From Gracilinanus agilis (Eukaryota): a DNA stretch of 64,000 nucleotides. The DNA is taken from positions 3,961,688 to 4,025,687 of the forward strand of contig NC_058132.1 in NCBI RefSeq assembly GCF_016433145.1. Direction: 5' to 3'. Positions 23,732-34,850 of this stretch are shown here, piece after piece. Position 1 is the stretch's first letter, and the number at the start of each line of letters is the position of its first letter. The position numbers were made by a program, and so were the translations under genes. The notes below the pieces were generated by a model that saw only the letters and a program-made list of their open reading frames with translations, was not told the DNA's origin and ran no database searches.

Positions 23732-23923
23732 CAACGGTCGGCAACCTTTTTGGCCGTGAGAGCCATAAACGCCTGCAGAAGGAGGAGGATGGGGGCAGAA
23801 GGCACTGGAATATGGGGTGGGGGCTGAAGGGCCTCCTGGGGCACATCCTGGGGCTCCGCCCAGACTGGCCGGTAGGGAGGTGGAGCCAGATATGGCTCAA
23901 GAGCCGTACGTTGCCGACCCCTG
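23732..23923. mobile_element. Non-autonomous hAT element (192 bp)
   Basis: TIRs CAACGGTCGGCAACCT / ACGTTGCCGACCCCTG; perfect 8-bp TSD CTCTAGGG at 23724-23731 and 23924-23931. Confidence 0.93.
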
Positions 23924-24290
23924 CTCTAGGGGCTTATATTTGGTGAACACCTGGCAGAGGCGGGAAGTGATTGGATTTCTGACCTAGGGGCCCAAGCCCT
24001 GTAGCTTTGGGTTCAAGGCCCAGCTCAAGGATTCCTTTGCCACGAGACCCTTGGCAAGGGCTTTCGTCTTCTCGGCCCCGAGCTCCCTCTCCCCTATAGA
24101 AGGGGGCTAAGAAAGCACTGGTGGTCTCTCTCCCCTTCAGAGCCAATTCTTTGGAGCCCAATGATGAACTGGAGAGGCGAGGCCTTCAGGAACACATTCT
24201 TTAGGCAGCCCTTTCGAAGTTACCCAATGCCCAAGTCAGCATTGCCCAGGAAAGCTTGTGCAGGTTACAGAAGGAGCATGCATGTCCACA

Positions 24291-24486
24291 GGGGCAGCGA
24301 GGCGGCCCAGTGGATAGAGAGCCAGGCCTAAAGACGGGAAATCCTGGCTTCAAATGTGGCCTCTGACACTTCCTAGCTGGGTGACCCTGGGCAAGTCACT
24401 GAACCCCATTGCCTGGCTCTTACAGCTCTTCTGCCTTGGAACCAATACGCAATATTGATTCTAAGTCAGAATGGAAGGGGTTAGAA
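24291..24486 (+). mobile_element. Didelphid SINE (SINE1/2_Mdo type), full length
   Basis: ggggcagcgaggcggcccagtggatagagagccagg head; ttggaaccaatac..tattgattctaag tail. Confidence 0.88.
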
Positions 24487-25106
24487 AGAAGTATGCATGC
24501 CATCCACTTATTCCTGAGGTATGTTGGCTCTCAGGGCACATGCCATGGGTGCCGCTACTGCTCGAGTCTAGTGGAAGTGGTCTAGGCACTTCTAGAAAGT
24601 GCATGCCTGGGAAGGTGCAGCGAGACCTGAATGTGAATCTGAGTATTACAGAAATGGCAAGTGTGTTGTTGGGTTGATTATAGTCCACTTGGGGTGTGCC
24701 AGGGGATCCCAGTAGAAGATATGGTTAAGGGCCACGATTGGACCTTTCAACAGGGGTCTGAGGGCATTATTAGAGCATGCTAGAAGAGCACAGGGTCATT
24801 ACCTTGGAGGCTCCGGGGTCCCGGGGGCAGTTTTGCCACTGGTCCTGCAGAGGAGATCTGTTCAGTGCATCGGAGATCTTCATGTGAGGACACGTTCTGG
24901 CTTTGGGCACTTTGGAGTCCATTGGTGGGGGCCTGCGGTGGGGGCATCGCTGATGGAAATCACACAACAGAGGGGAAACCAGGAAACATGGAGGGCTCAC
25001 TGAGGGGAGCTAGAAGCCGCTGGCACATATCCAGCGAGGAACGGGGCTGCATCTTGGTCTCGGGTCTCACCCCACCCTCCCCATCCTTCCCCTTTCCCAC
25101 ACACAG

Positions 25107-25189
25107 TGACTACATCATTAAGGAGAAGACCGTCCTGCTTCAGAAGAAGGACAGTGAAGGCTTCGGTTTTGTGCTCCGGGGAGCCAAGG
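25107..25189 (+). CDS. SHANK1: SHANK1 exon (PDZ start): DYIIKEKTVLLQKKDSEGFGFVLRGAK
   Basis: acacag|T GAC ... AAG G|gtgagt; 83 nt phase 2/1; GFGF PDZ loop. Confidence 0.98.
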
Positions 25190-25335
25190 GTGAGTACTAG
25201 GAGGGGGCCCAGGGAATGGGGAAGGGCTCTCTCCTACCACAAGATGGGTGCTACCTTGGGAACCTGGTTCTGACTCCTGTGCCCTCCTTGGGGGTCCTCC
25301 CCCTCCCCACCGACCCTGTCTGCTCCTCCCCGCAG

Positions 25336-25460
25336 CGCAGACCCCCATCGAGGAGTTCACTCCCACCCCAGCGTTCCCTGCGCTACAGTATCTCGAATCT
25401 GTGGATGAGGGTGGTGTTGCTTGGAGAGCAGGACTCCGAATGGGGGACTTCCTCATTGAG
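25336..25460 (+). CDS. SHANK1: SHANK1 exon (PDZ): AQTPIEEFTPTPAFPALQYLESVDEGGVAWRAGLRMGDFLIE
   Basis: cccgcag|CG ... GAG|gtgagc; 125 nt phase 1/0. Confidence 0.98.
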
Positions 25461-25619
25461 GTGAGCCCCCAAGCCCAGCCCCAACTCCCTGATGTCCCCT
25501 TAGGGAGGAAAGCATTTCACTTCCCAATGTCTGGTTGTCCCCTGAGGGACCCAACATCTAGCTCTCTAGACTTGAGGGACTCAATCGTCCCTGCAGGGGA
25601 GAGAGGTGGCCCAAAGGAC

Positions 25620-25790
25620 AGAATGATGGGCCTGGAGTCTTGAAGACCCGAGTTCAAATCCATTCTTAGATACTTATCGTGTGCCCCTGGGCAAGCCATC
25701 TCACCTCTTCTGCCTCAGTTTCCTCAACTGTAAAATGGGGATGACGGCATCTCCCTTGTAGTGCCTGACGCATAGTAGGTACTTAACATA
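25620..25790 (+). mobile_element. MIR
   Basis: ctgcctcagtttcctcaactgtaaaatgggga core. Confidence 0.75.
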
Positions 25791-26319
25791 TCCTTCTTTC
25801 CTTCCTTCATCCTTTCTTGCCAGTTTTGCAGGGCCTTGATGCTCAGGGAGAGAGGTGGGGTTGGGTGGGCAGGCATTTGGGGACTGAGGCACACACACCA
25901 GAGAGAAGGCAAAGCACCGGAAAAGGAAGGGGGGGGAACATGAGAAGTCCGGACTAAGGGGTGCCCTTGGTAATTAAACCAGAGAGCGACCAGAGATGAC
26001 CCCAGCAAGGGATGAGAGACCTCACACAGAAGAGAGAGCCTGTGAAACCAGGGGGAGGACAGAGATCTTGGGAGGGTCTTAGGAAAGCAGATTCTGGCAG
26101 TGTCCAGAGATCAGAGGTCAGGAGAAAAGGTTTGGAGGCGTCAGTCAGTTATTCAGTCAGCAAGCACTTAAGTCCCTGATGTGTGCCAGGTGCTGTGCTC
26201 AGAGCTGAGGCGATAAACAGTTCTTGCTCTCCAGCGTTCTCCATAGGAAGATCCCAAGGAAGGAGAATAAGCCATGGCCAGCATCATTTGACCAATATTC
26301 TAATGGTGCTTAGAGCAAC

Positions 26320-26470
26320 CCTGGAGGTTGGTCATTTCCCCATTTTATAGAGGAGGAAACTGAGGCAGACAGGGAAAGTGACTTGCTCAGGGACACCCAG
26401 CTACCAAGTGTCTGAGGTGGATTTGAACTCAGATCTCCCGAAGGGACTCTGGGCTGGCACTGCTATGAGT
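26320..26470 (-). mobile_element. MIR/MAR-type SINE
   Basis: ccattttatagaggaggaaactgaggc ... gatttgaactcag. Confidence 0.75.
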
Positions 26471-26726
26471 CCTAAGGAGGGAGTGAGAAGTAGGGCCCAG
26501 GGAAGTCACCTGGAGGGAAGGACAGGAGGGCTCACTGGGCAAAGAGGCTCCAGGGAGGTGCCGAGTCTCCGGTTGGGTTCGGAGCTTCCGGGATGGGTCT
26601 GCTGCTTCTCCCGACCCGTCGGGGAGGGGGGAGGGACTGTGTAGCCCCGGGGCTCGCCCCAGATGCGCCCCGAGGCTCGGGGGCTAGAGGAAGGCTGACC
26701 TGTCGCTTTGGGGGGGGGGGTCCTAG

Positions 26727-26862
26727 GTGAACGGACAGAACGTCGTCAAGGTTGGCCATCGGCAGGTGGTTAACATGATCCGCCAGGGCGGCAACACCCT
26801 GATGGTGAAAGTGGTGATGGTCACGCGGCACCCGGACATGGAGGAGGCTGTCCACAAGAAAG
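26727..26862 (+). CDS. SHANK1: SHANK1 exon (PDZ end): VNGQNVVKVGHRQVVNMIRQGGNTLMVKVVMVTRHPDMEEAVHKK
   Basis: tcctag|GTG ... AAA G|gtgacc; 136 nt phase 0/1. Confidence 0.98.
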
Positions 26863-27101
26863 GTGACCTGAGCCGTCTGCAGCGGCTCCTTCTGGGGCCA
26901 AATGTCCTTCCTCGGGTCCGCTCACCGGCCCTTTCCCAGCCAGGAGCCTGCCGCCGGGCCATCCTTCTCCCCCAGCCTAAGGCAGGGCCCCGGGACACTG
27001 GAGCCTCGGAGGGGAGCCCGCGGGAACGCCACCAGGGTCTCTGGGAAAGCGCCCGCAGCGCGGCGCTTGCGGCGTCCCCGACCATCCGTTCTTTCTTGCA
27101 G

Positions 27102-27182
27102 TGCCCCAGCAGGCGAAGCGTCTCCCTCCCCCCGCCATCTCCCTGCGGTCCAAATCCATGACTTCGGAGCTGGAGGAGATGG
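27102..27182 (+). CDS. SHANK1: SHANK1 exon: VPQQAKRLPPPAISLRSKSMTSELEEM
   Basis: ttcttgcag|TG ... ATG G|gtgagg; 81 nt phase 1/1. Confidence 0.96.
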
Positions 27183-27771
27183 GTGAGGCGCGGGGCGTGG
27201 CGGGGCCGGGGAGCTGGGTCGTTAGTGTCGTTAGTGCCAGGGGTCCTCGTCAGCCGGCTGCCCGCTGTCTCCCCGCCTTTGCTCCGCTGCTGCTTCCTGG
27301 TCTCCGTGTCCGCGGCGCTCTCTCCATTTCTGTGTCTCGGGCTCCTTTTCCCTTTGACCGCGAGGTACGGTGGACGAGCCCAGTCCTGGCCGCACCACCT
27401 ACCCGCTGAGTGACCTTGGGCGAGTCTGTTCCCCGCCCGGTAATCTGGAGGCGATCCAAATCCCCCCGAGCTCCGGCTGGTCCTCAGGGAGGGGGGCAGA
27501 GAGCCCGGGGTTGCGCGGGGCCCCAAGAGCTATAGAAATGGGAGCGAAGCCTGTGCCCGTCTCTCGGTGTCTTTCTGTTTCTCTGTGTCCCTCAGTGCCC
27601 CGCCACCCTCTCCCTGGCCACCCCAGGCAGCCCCGCCCCTAGGAGCTCAGGAGAGGCCCCGCCCCCTGGGGAGGGCAGGCTGCCCCGGGGGAGGGGTGGG
27701 CAGTCTCCAAGACCCTGGGCCTCCCCCCTCACCTCCTAACTCTTGGCTCCTCTGCTGCTCCCCCTGGCTAG

Positions 27772-27795
27772 TCTCCCCCTGGAAGAAGAAGAGTG
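27772..27795 (+). CDS. SHANK1: SHANK1 24-nt cassette microexon: VSPWKKKS
   Basis: ggctag|TC TCC CCC TGG AAG AAG AAG AGT G|gtgagt; frame-preserving; matches the recalled rodent VSPWKKK insert. Confidence 0.9.
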
Positions 27796-27988
27796 GTGAG
27801 TGGGTCCCGGGCTGGGGGGAGGGGCCCCAGGCACAGCCTTGTTTGTCCCCCTCCAACTAGCCCCCAAGTCTGGCGGCCCCAGGGGATGACCCTCCACTTC
27901 CAGACAGTCCTGTCGTACCCCAGTGGCCACCTGTTCTCGGCCCTCCCCCTGCCCAGGGTCCCACTGACCCTTGCCTGTCTGTCCACAG

Positions 27989-28051
27989 ACTATGAGCAGG
28001 CGCCCATGCCCAGCGTGGAGAAGAAGAGGACGGTCTACCAGATGGCCCTGA
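27989..28051 (+). CDS. SHANK1: SHANK1 exon: DYEQAPMPSVEKKRTVYQMAL(N)
   Basis: gtccacag|AC ... CTG A|gtaaga; 63 nt phase 1/1. Confidence 0.95.
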   Translation, partial: TMSRRPCPAWRRRGRSTRWP

Positions 28052-28236
28052 GTAAGAGCGAGCCCCTGCCCGCCATCATGCCCCTTGGCCTCCCCTCTGG
28101 CTAGCCCGCCATCCTGCCCTCCCTTCCTCTCCCTCCTCCGTCACTCCTGCCCCCCCCCAGGTGCCATCTTGTGGTGGAGAGGGACAGGAGGGGGTGCGAG
28201 GGGCACCAGCTGACCACGGGCATCCCCTCCTCCCAG

Positions 28237-28355
28237 ACAAACTGGATGAGATACTGGCTGCCGCTCAGCAGACCATCAGCGCGAGCGAGGGGCCCGGGCC
28301 AGGCGGCCTTCCTTCTCTGGGCAAACACCGAGCCAAGGGCTTCTTCGCCACCGAG
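28237..28355 (+). CDS. SHANK1: SHANK1 exon: KLDEILAAAQQTISASEGPGPGGLPSLGKHRAKGFFATE
   Basis: ctcccag|AC ... GAG|gtaagg; 119 nt phase 1/0. Confidence 0.96.
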
Positions 28356-29046
28356 GTAAGGAGGCTGGCGGCCAGGGAGGGCTGCGGAGTTCTGGTCGGG
28401 GCCGGGAGGGCTTCTCACCCTCAGTCCACCCTCTGAGGAGCTTTTGTCCCCTCGCTGCCTTCACCTGGGGGACGCTGTCCCTCCTCTTCCCAGCCCCCTG
28501 GGCCTCCCCTCTACTCCGTGCTGTCTGGGCATGTGTGCCACTCCCGTCCTCCATCCCGTTGGCTCCATGATGCCTGTCTCCCTCCCCAGTTCTCTCCTTC
28601 TAGCCGCCCCCCTCCTCCTGCTCCTTCCTGTGGCTCTTGGGCTCTTCTCCCGCTTCTCCATCACCCTTCTTAGCCCCACCTGTCCCCCATGACGACATGA
28701 GACAGGGACCCCCTCCTCAGAGCCCGCCCCTGCCTGGGGTCTCTGCTGCCACAGCCAGAACCAGGGAAGTGGAGGCCACACTGCCCAGGGAATTCGTTTG
28801 AACATGGGGCGCCTTTCTCCAGTGTCCCCATTGGGTCAAGCGCTGCACTAGATGGTAGGGGCCCGAATGCCAGAGGGACACACTCCCTGGGCTTCCGCTC
28901 CAGCAGGGCAGGGGCTCTGCACGTCGGGCTGGCGTGGAGCCTTCTGGCAGTGAGACTCAGCCAATAGATGGGTTCGAGGAAGGATGAAAAAACCAAGGAT
29001 TATAAAGGGGAGGGGGAAAGAATAAACATTTAGTTCTTAGTATTTA

Positions 29047-29240
29047 GTTTTACCTTCTATCTTGGAACCAATATTGGGTACTGGTTCCAAGGAGAAGAAC
29101 AGTAAGGGCTAGCTAGGCAATGGGGGTCAAGTGACTTGTCCAGGGTCACACAGCTGGGAAGTATGTGAGGTCAAACTTGAACCCAGGACCTTCTGGCTCT
29201 AGGTCTGGCTCTCCATCCTCTGAGCCACCCAGCTGCCCCC
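29047..29240 (-). mobile_element. Didelphid SINE (SINE1/2_Mdo type)
   Basis: taccttctatcttggaaccaat ... ccacccagctgcccc. Confidence 0.88.
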
Positions 29241-29522
29241 TGAGAATGAACATTTATCAGGCACCTACTATGTGTTAAGCTCTGGTCTAAGCACTTTACA
29301 AACATCTTATTGGATAAGGAAAACCAATTCTATTCACTACAGCTATGGAAATGTGTTAAGGAGGGCAGAGACCCCCGAATCTATGGGCAGAGGGGCGGGC
29401 TAAAAACCCCTTCACGAGGAGAATAGAGCAGAACACACGAAGGAGCAGAGAACACGAGCACTGAGAGGACCCATCACCGCTTCCTCCACCTGCCTCCCCC
29501 TGGAGATGGCTAGCTTGGAGTG

Positions 29523-29544
29523 TACACACACACACACACACACA
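29523..29544. repeat. (CA)n microsatellite
   Basis: Dinucleotide run. Confidence 0.9.
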
Positions 29545-29789
29545 CCCCAGCCCCCATGGCTGCAGACTTCCTTTCTTCAAAGCCCTCAGACCCTTACAGG
29601 GTAGCCATTCTTTTTATAAGTAAGCAATTTGGGGGGCTGGGATGTCCGGGATCTCCCCATCACTTGTGCACAGGGCTTTGGGCAAGCTGCTCTAACTTCT
29701 CATTGGAGGTTCTGTTTTTCACCTGTAAAACGAAGGCCTTGGACTAAATGATCCCTCAGGTCACTTCCTATTTAAGTATTCTGTATGCC

Positions 29790-29990
29790 CGAGGTGGCCT
29801 GGAGCTAGCCGGTTGTTAAATTTTCAGTGGGAACATTTGCACATCAGAAAATGCTACTCCTCCGAGCTTGCCAGATTGTTTTGTGATGGAGAAAAGGTTG
29901 AGGGTGCCGCTTAAATTTTAAGTGTGTCATGTGGATGTTTCCCTTTGAGAGAGCTGATAATTAAATGTGGACCAACATACCTTGGACGCT
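29790..29990. mobile_element. Degraded hAT-Blackjack (MER63-like) fragment
   Basis: agccggttgttaaattttcagtg ... gtgatggagaaaa ... aagtgtgtc resembles recalled MER63-type consensus; termini eroded. Confidence 0.45.
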
Positions 29991-30344
29991 AATGATGCTG
30001 ATGCTCTGAGGCCTCCTCCAGCTCAGCCCTCCTGTATTTTCCATGATTCAAAGCAAGCTTCCCCTCTCAAGTCCTAATCTTTCTGTTCCTGGGTGCTGCC
30101 CTCCTAGAGATCCTGTGTGGCCTGAGACATGCAGTGACTCTTGGCCCCTTCTCAAGCCCCGTCTCTTACGTGTAGTAAGTCTTGCTTTCTTGGGAAACTG
30201 CAGCTCCCAGGACCTCTGTATTCACTGGCTTTCCCCCAGAGTCACATCGCTTCATCTCTTTATCTTCTCTTGTCCCACATCCTTCAACAGAGACTCATCT
30301 GCTCTGGCTGTGAATGCCCCAGGTTTTTTGGTGTGTTTTTTAAA

Positions 30345-30790
30345 GTCTATTTATTTATTTGTTTGTTTGTTTGTTTGTTTATTTATTTGTTTTAGAATGT
30401 TTTTCCATGGTCACATGATTCATGTTCTTTCCCTTCCCTCCTCCCAAAGCCAAGGAGCAATTCCACTGGGTTTTACATGGGTCATCGATCAAGACCTATT
30501 TCCATATTATTAGTATCTGCACTAGGGTGATCATAGAGTCGCCATCCCCAATCCTAAACCCCTCGACCCATGTGTTCAAACAGTTGTTTTTCTTCTGTTT
30601 CTACTCCCACAGTCCTTCCTCTGGATGTGGATAGTTTTCTTTCTCATAAGTCCCTCAGAATTGTCCTGGGTCATTGCACTGCTGCTAGTACAGAAGTCCA
30701 TTACAATCGATTTTACCACAGTGTATCCGTCTCTGTGTACAATGTTCTTCTGGCTCTGCTCCTTTCACTCTGCATCAGTTCCTGGAGGGA
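30345..30790 (-). mobile_element. L1 3' UTR with (TTTG/TTTA)n tail
   Basis: aagacctatttccatattatt; ctctggatgtggatag; tcactctgcatcagttcctggagg. Confidence 0.85.
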
Positions 30791-31049
30791 ATGACCGAGG
30801 TTTTAACAAGATCATTCCTTCAACACCCCCTCCCAAGTCACTTTCCTGTGAAGAAGCGGTATTTCCATATTTGTAACAGACTCTTGTATCAAACACATGG
30901 GAGGATATGGGCAAAGGTCACATGGAATGGGTGGGAATGGGCATCAGTGGACAGAGTGACCAAATGAACAAGTTCCCAGAATCCATGTCAACATGCAAAA
31001 TAGCCGAGTTCTAGAACATGTTGACAGAGTGGCAAGGACGCTGCGAGCT

Positions 31050-31280
31050 TCCCCTGATCCTTCCAGGCTGTCCCTCTAACCCCATCCTTTGATAACCTCT
31101 CCTTGTGGGAACTTCCTTCAGTCCACATATACCATCCAGTCACGATTATCAGCCTCCTTCCTTCACCAATGAGTTCAGTGCCCAGCTCAGCCTTCTCTCC
31201 TCCTCAGGGAGATGTCTTTCAACATACTGACTCCCTCAAGCACCCAAACCTCTCAGTTCTTCAGTTTACTTATTTCTCTT

Positions 31281-31330
<50 letters not shown>

Positions 31331-32760
31331 CCCCCCCCTTCTCCTCCTGCTTCTCTGATCACTCCTTCTGTCTCCTTTGCGTTATCTTCTTCCAAATTAT
31401 GCCCTGTAACCACAGGTATCCCTCAGGGTCCTACCCTGGGCCCTCTTCTCTTCTCCCTCTGTAACACTTTGTGATCTCTTCAGCTCCCATGGATTCCATC
31501 ATCAACTGTCTATTGACTTCCATTCTTAATCTCCCACTGCCTATGGGACTTCTCCACCTGGATGTCTTAAACTCAACATGTCCAAAATTGAATTCATTCT
31601 CTTTCCCCCTAACCCTCCTCCTATCCTGGTGATGGCAAACCTATGGCGCACGTGTCAGTGCTGACACACGTAGCCATTTTCTATGACACGCAGCTGCATG
31701 CAGACAAAGAAGTACGGGGCCGCATGCCGAGGATGAAACATTTGCTGTAGTGTAGACACTCTGGGCACTATAGATTACAATTCTAGCTATATTAATTTAC
31801 CTATTTTTGGTTTATTAAATAGTTATATATTACAATTATACATTTTTGTTATTTAAAACTAAAAATATCGCAGAATTATGGTTTTTTTCTCGAAGTGACA
31901 CAACTCAAGTTTATGCTCGGGTTTTTGGCGAATTTTGACATACCAAGCTCAAAAGGTTGCCCATCACTGTCATATCCCAACTTCCCTAATACTGTTGAGA
32001 GTACCACAGGCTTGCAAACTAAATGTTGCCATTGACTCCTCATTTCCAATTCTTTGTAATCTCTCTTGTATATTCCCTTTCTCTTGTCTGACACTGCCAC
32101 CACCTGCTCCAGGATCTCATCCACTCATGCCTGAACTGTTGCAAGAACCCCCTGGGTGGCCTTCTTGCCTCAGCTTTGTCTCTACTCTTGTCTGTCCTCC
32201 ACACACAGCTGTCCAAATGATCCTCCTAAAGCACAGATCTTACTATGTCACCACCTTACTCAGTATAGTCTGATGGCTCCCTATCACCTCCAGGACCAAA
32301 TAGAAACCCCTGGGTTTGATGTTCAAAGCCCAATAGAACACTCTCTCCACCACTTTTCCAGTCTTCTTAGACCTTATTGCCATTCACATACTCAGGTCCA
32401 GGGACTCTGGTCTCCTTGTTACCCTTAAACCTAACACTCATCTCCACTCTGGTCATTTGCTTGGCTGTTCCCCAAGACTGGAAGGCTCTACTTCTTTAAC
32501 TATTGGCTTCCTTAAGGTCTCTGCCAAAATCCCCCTTTCTAGGAGAAGCCTGTCTGATCCTCTTAATTTAGGGAAGGCATACCTCTCATTATTATCTCCA
32601 GCTTATCTTGCCCAGATCTCATTTATTTATATTGGCATGTAGGCTCCTCAACTAGACTGAGATCCTTAAGAGCACGAACTGTCCTTTTCTTTGCATCCCT
32701 AGTCCTTAGCATAGCGCCTGGTATGCAGAAAGAGCACAATGATGCTTGTTGACTGACTGC
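31050..32760 (+). mobile_element. L2 fragment interrupted by (TC)n and the hAT element
   Basis: cctcagggtcctaccctgggccctcttctc; aactcaacatgtccaaa; cctcctaaagcacagatct; ends ttgttgactgactg. Confidence 0.75.
31627..31969. mobile_element. Non-autonomous hAT element, OposCharlie (OC1/OposCharlie2) type, 343 bp
   Basis: TIRs TGGTGATGGCAAACCT / AGGTTGCCCATCACTG; 8-bp TSD TCCTATCC (31619-31626) vs TCATATCC (31970-31977); family name from recall. Confidence 0.85.
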
Positions 32761-32779
32761 CTCAAAAGCATCTGGCCAC

Positions 32780-34850
32780 AATACTTTCATTTTATTTTTT
32801 AAAATACATTTTACCGATGCTTTTTGTTTTTACAACCCAATCATTCCTAGGGAAGAAACTCTCTCCCATCTCCTATTGAACACTTTGTCATAAAGAAAGA
32901 AGATTAAGCAAAAACACCTGTATACCACATTCTGTGCTGGTAGTGCCCTGACTCTCAACTATGGAGGAGAGATGCTTCATTTATTTCTTCTCCAAGACCA
33001 TCTTTGGCTTTCTTAGAGCAATTTTTTGTGTTCTAACTCTTTCATTTTAAAGTATAGGAAACAGAGACATATAGGGGATATTGAATTCGAATCCAGTTCT
33101 TTTGAAACTTGGTCTAATATTCTTTCCACTGTGCCATATTGCTTCTGGGGCGTCTCAAACACCCATCTCCCATCCAGCTCTATTTCCCTCTTCCTCCTCC
33201 ACTTATTTCCCCTGAACCAGCCAGTGTCCCTCAGATTTTTTTATAATTAGTTTGTTAAGACTAATTTTATTTTTAACATTCACCGTTTTAAATTTTGAGT
33301 TCCACATTCTCTCCCTTCAGTCTCTCCTCCACTTATTGAGAAAGCAAGTGCTATAAAACCTATTATTCATGAGAAGTCATGCAAAACCTATTTCTACTTT
33401 AACAATATTTTTTTAAAGCAAGAAAGTGGGAAAAACTATGCTTCAATCTGCATTCAGAACTCATTAGTTCTCTCTCTGCAGGTGGATAGCATTATTCATC
33501 ATGGGCCCCTTGGAATTATCTTCAGTCACTGTCATGATTAGGGTAGCTTTGTCTGTCACAATTGATCATTACAATATTGTTACTGTGTTCAATGTTATTC
33601 TGGTTCTGCTCACTTCATTTTGTATCAGTTCATATGTCTTCCCAGGATTCTCTGAAACCACCCCCTTCTTTATTTGTTACAGCACAATAGTCTTCCATCA
33701 TCATCGTATACCACGACCTGTTCAGCCATTCCCCAATCCATAGGCAGCCCTTCAATTTCCAATTCTCTGTCGCCACCAAAAGAGCTGCTATGGATATTTC
33801 TGTGCCTATGGGCTTTCCCCCTTTTTCTTTGATCTTTTTGAGATACAGACCCAGTAGTGGTATTGCTGAGGCAAAGTGAGTGCACAGTTTGAAAGTCCTT
33901 TGGGCGTCTTTCCAAATTCCTCTCCACAATGGTTGGACCATTTCCCACAACTCCACTAACAGTGCATGAGTGTGTTCTCATTTTGCCACATCCCCCTCCA
34001 GCACTTATTATTTTCATTTTCTGCCATGTTAGCCAGCCTGATGGGGCTGAAGTGGTACCTCAGAGTTGTTCTAATGTGCATTTTTCTAATTATTAGAGTT
34101 TTAGAGCATTTTTGCATATGACCATTGATAGTTTGGATTTCTTCCTCTGAAAATTGCCTGTAGTGTCCTTTGACCATTTGACAATTGAGGAGTGGCTCTT
34201 ATTGTTATAACTTTGGCTCAGTACTCGATATATTTGGGAAATGAGGCTCTTTTGTCAGAGAAACTTGCAGTTAAATTTCCTCCAGTTTCCTGCTTTCCTT
34301 CTAATTTTGGCTGCATCAGTTTTGTCACTCAAAAGCCTTTTGATTTCATGTAATCAAAATGATCCATTTTATTCCCTGTGATTTGTTCTGTCTCTTTGTG
34401 GTTCATCAATTCTTTCTTTAGCCACAGATCTGCCAGGTAAACTTTCCCCTGCTCTGCTCACTCATACACGATATCCCCCTTTATGTTTAAAGCATGTAGC
34501 CGTTTTTACCTTCTCTTGGTATATGGTGTGAGATGCTGGTTTATGCCTGGCTTCTGCCAAATTGCTTTCCATTTTCCCCAACAGTTTTGGTCAAATCACA
34601 AGTTCCTGTCCCCAAAGCTGGGATCTTGCAGTCCGTAAAATGCTAGATAACTGTGGTGCTTCCTTCAGGGTGTTGGGTACCCAATCTGTCTCTCGGCTCC
34701 TCCGCTCTATTTCTTAGCCAGTAGCAAAGGGCCTTGATGAGCGCTTTGTGATGGATATAGCGTGAAACCTCGGACTTGATGGGCCCCTTCCTGAACGGTT
34801 TTTCATGGATTCCCTTGTGTAATCAGTTTTTGCAGAATGGTTATTTCTCT
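32780..34850 (-). mobile_element. L1 ORF2 C-terminus and 3' UTR fragments
   Basis: Minus-strand peptides TTLRYHFSPIRLA and AIPLLGLYLK...IAALLVATENWK. Confidence 0.92.

Noticed and set aside
24291-24370. tRNA-like A/B boxes (also in other SINE heads)
   Set aside because: SINE heads; no cloverleaf or tRNA gene
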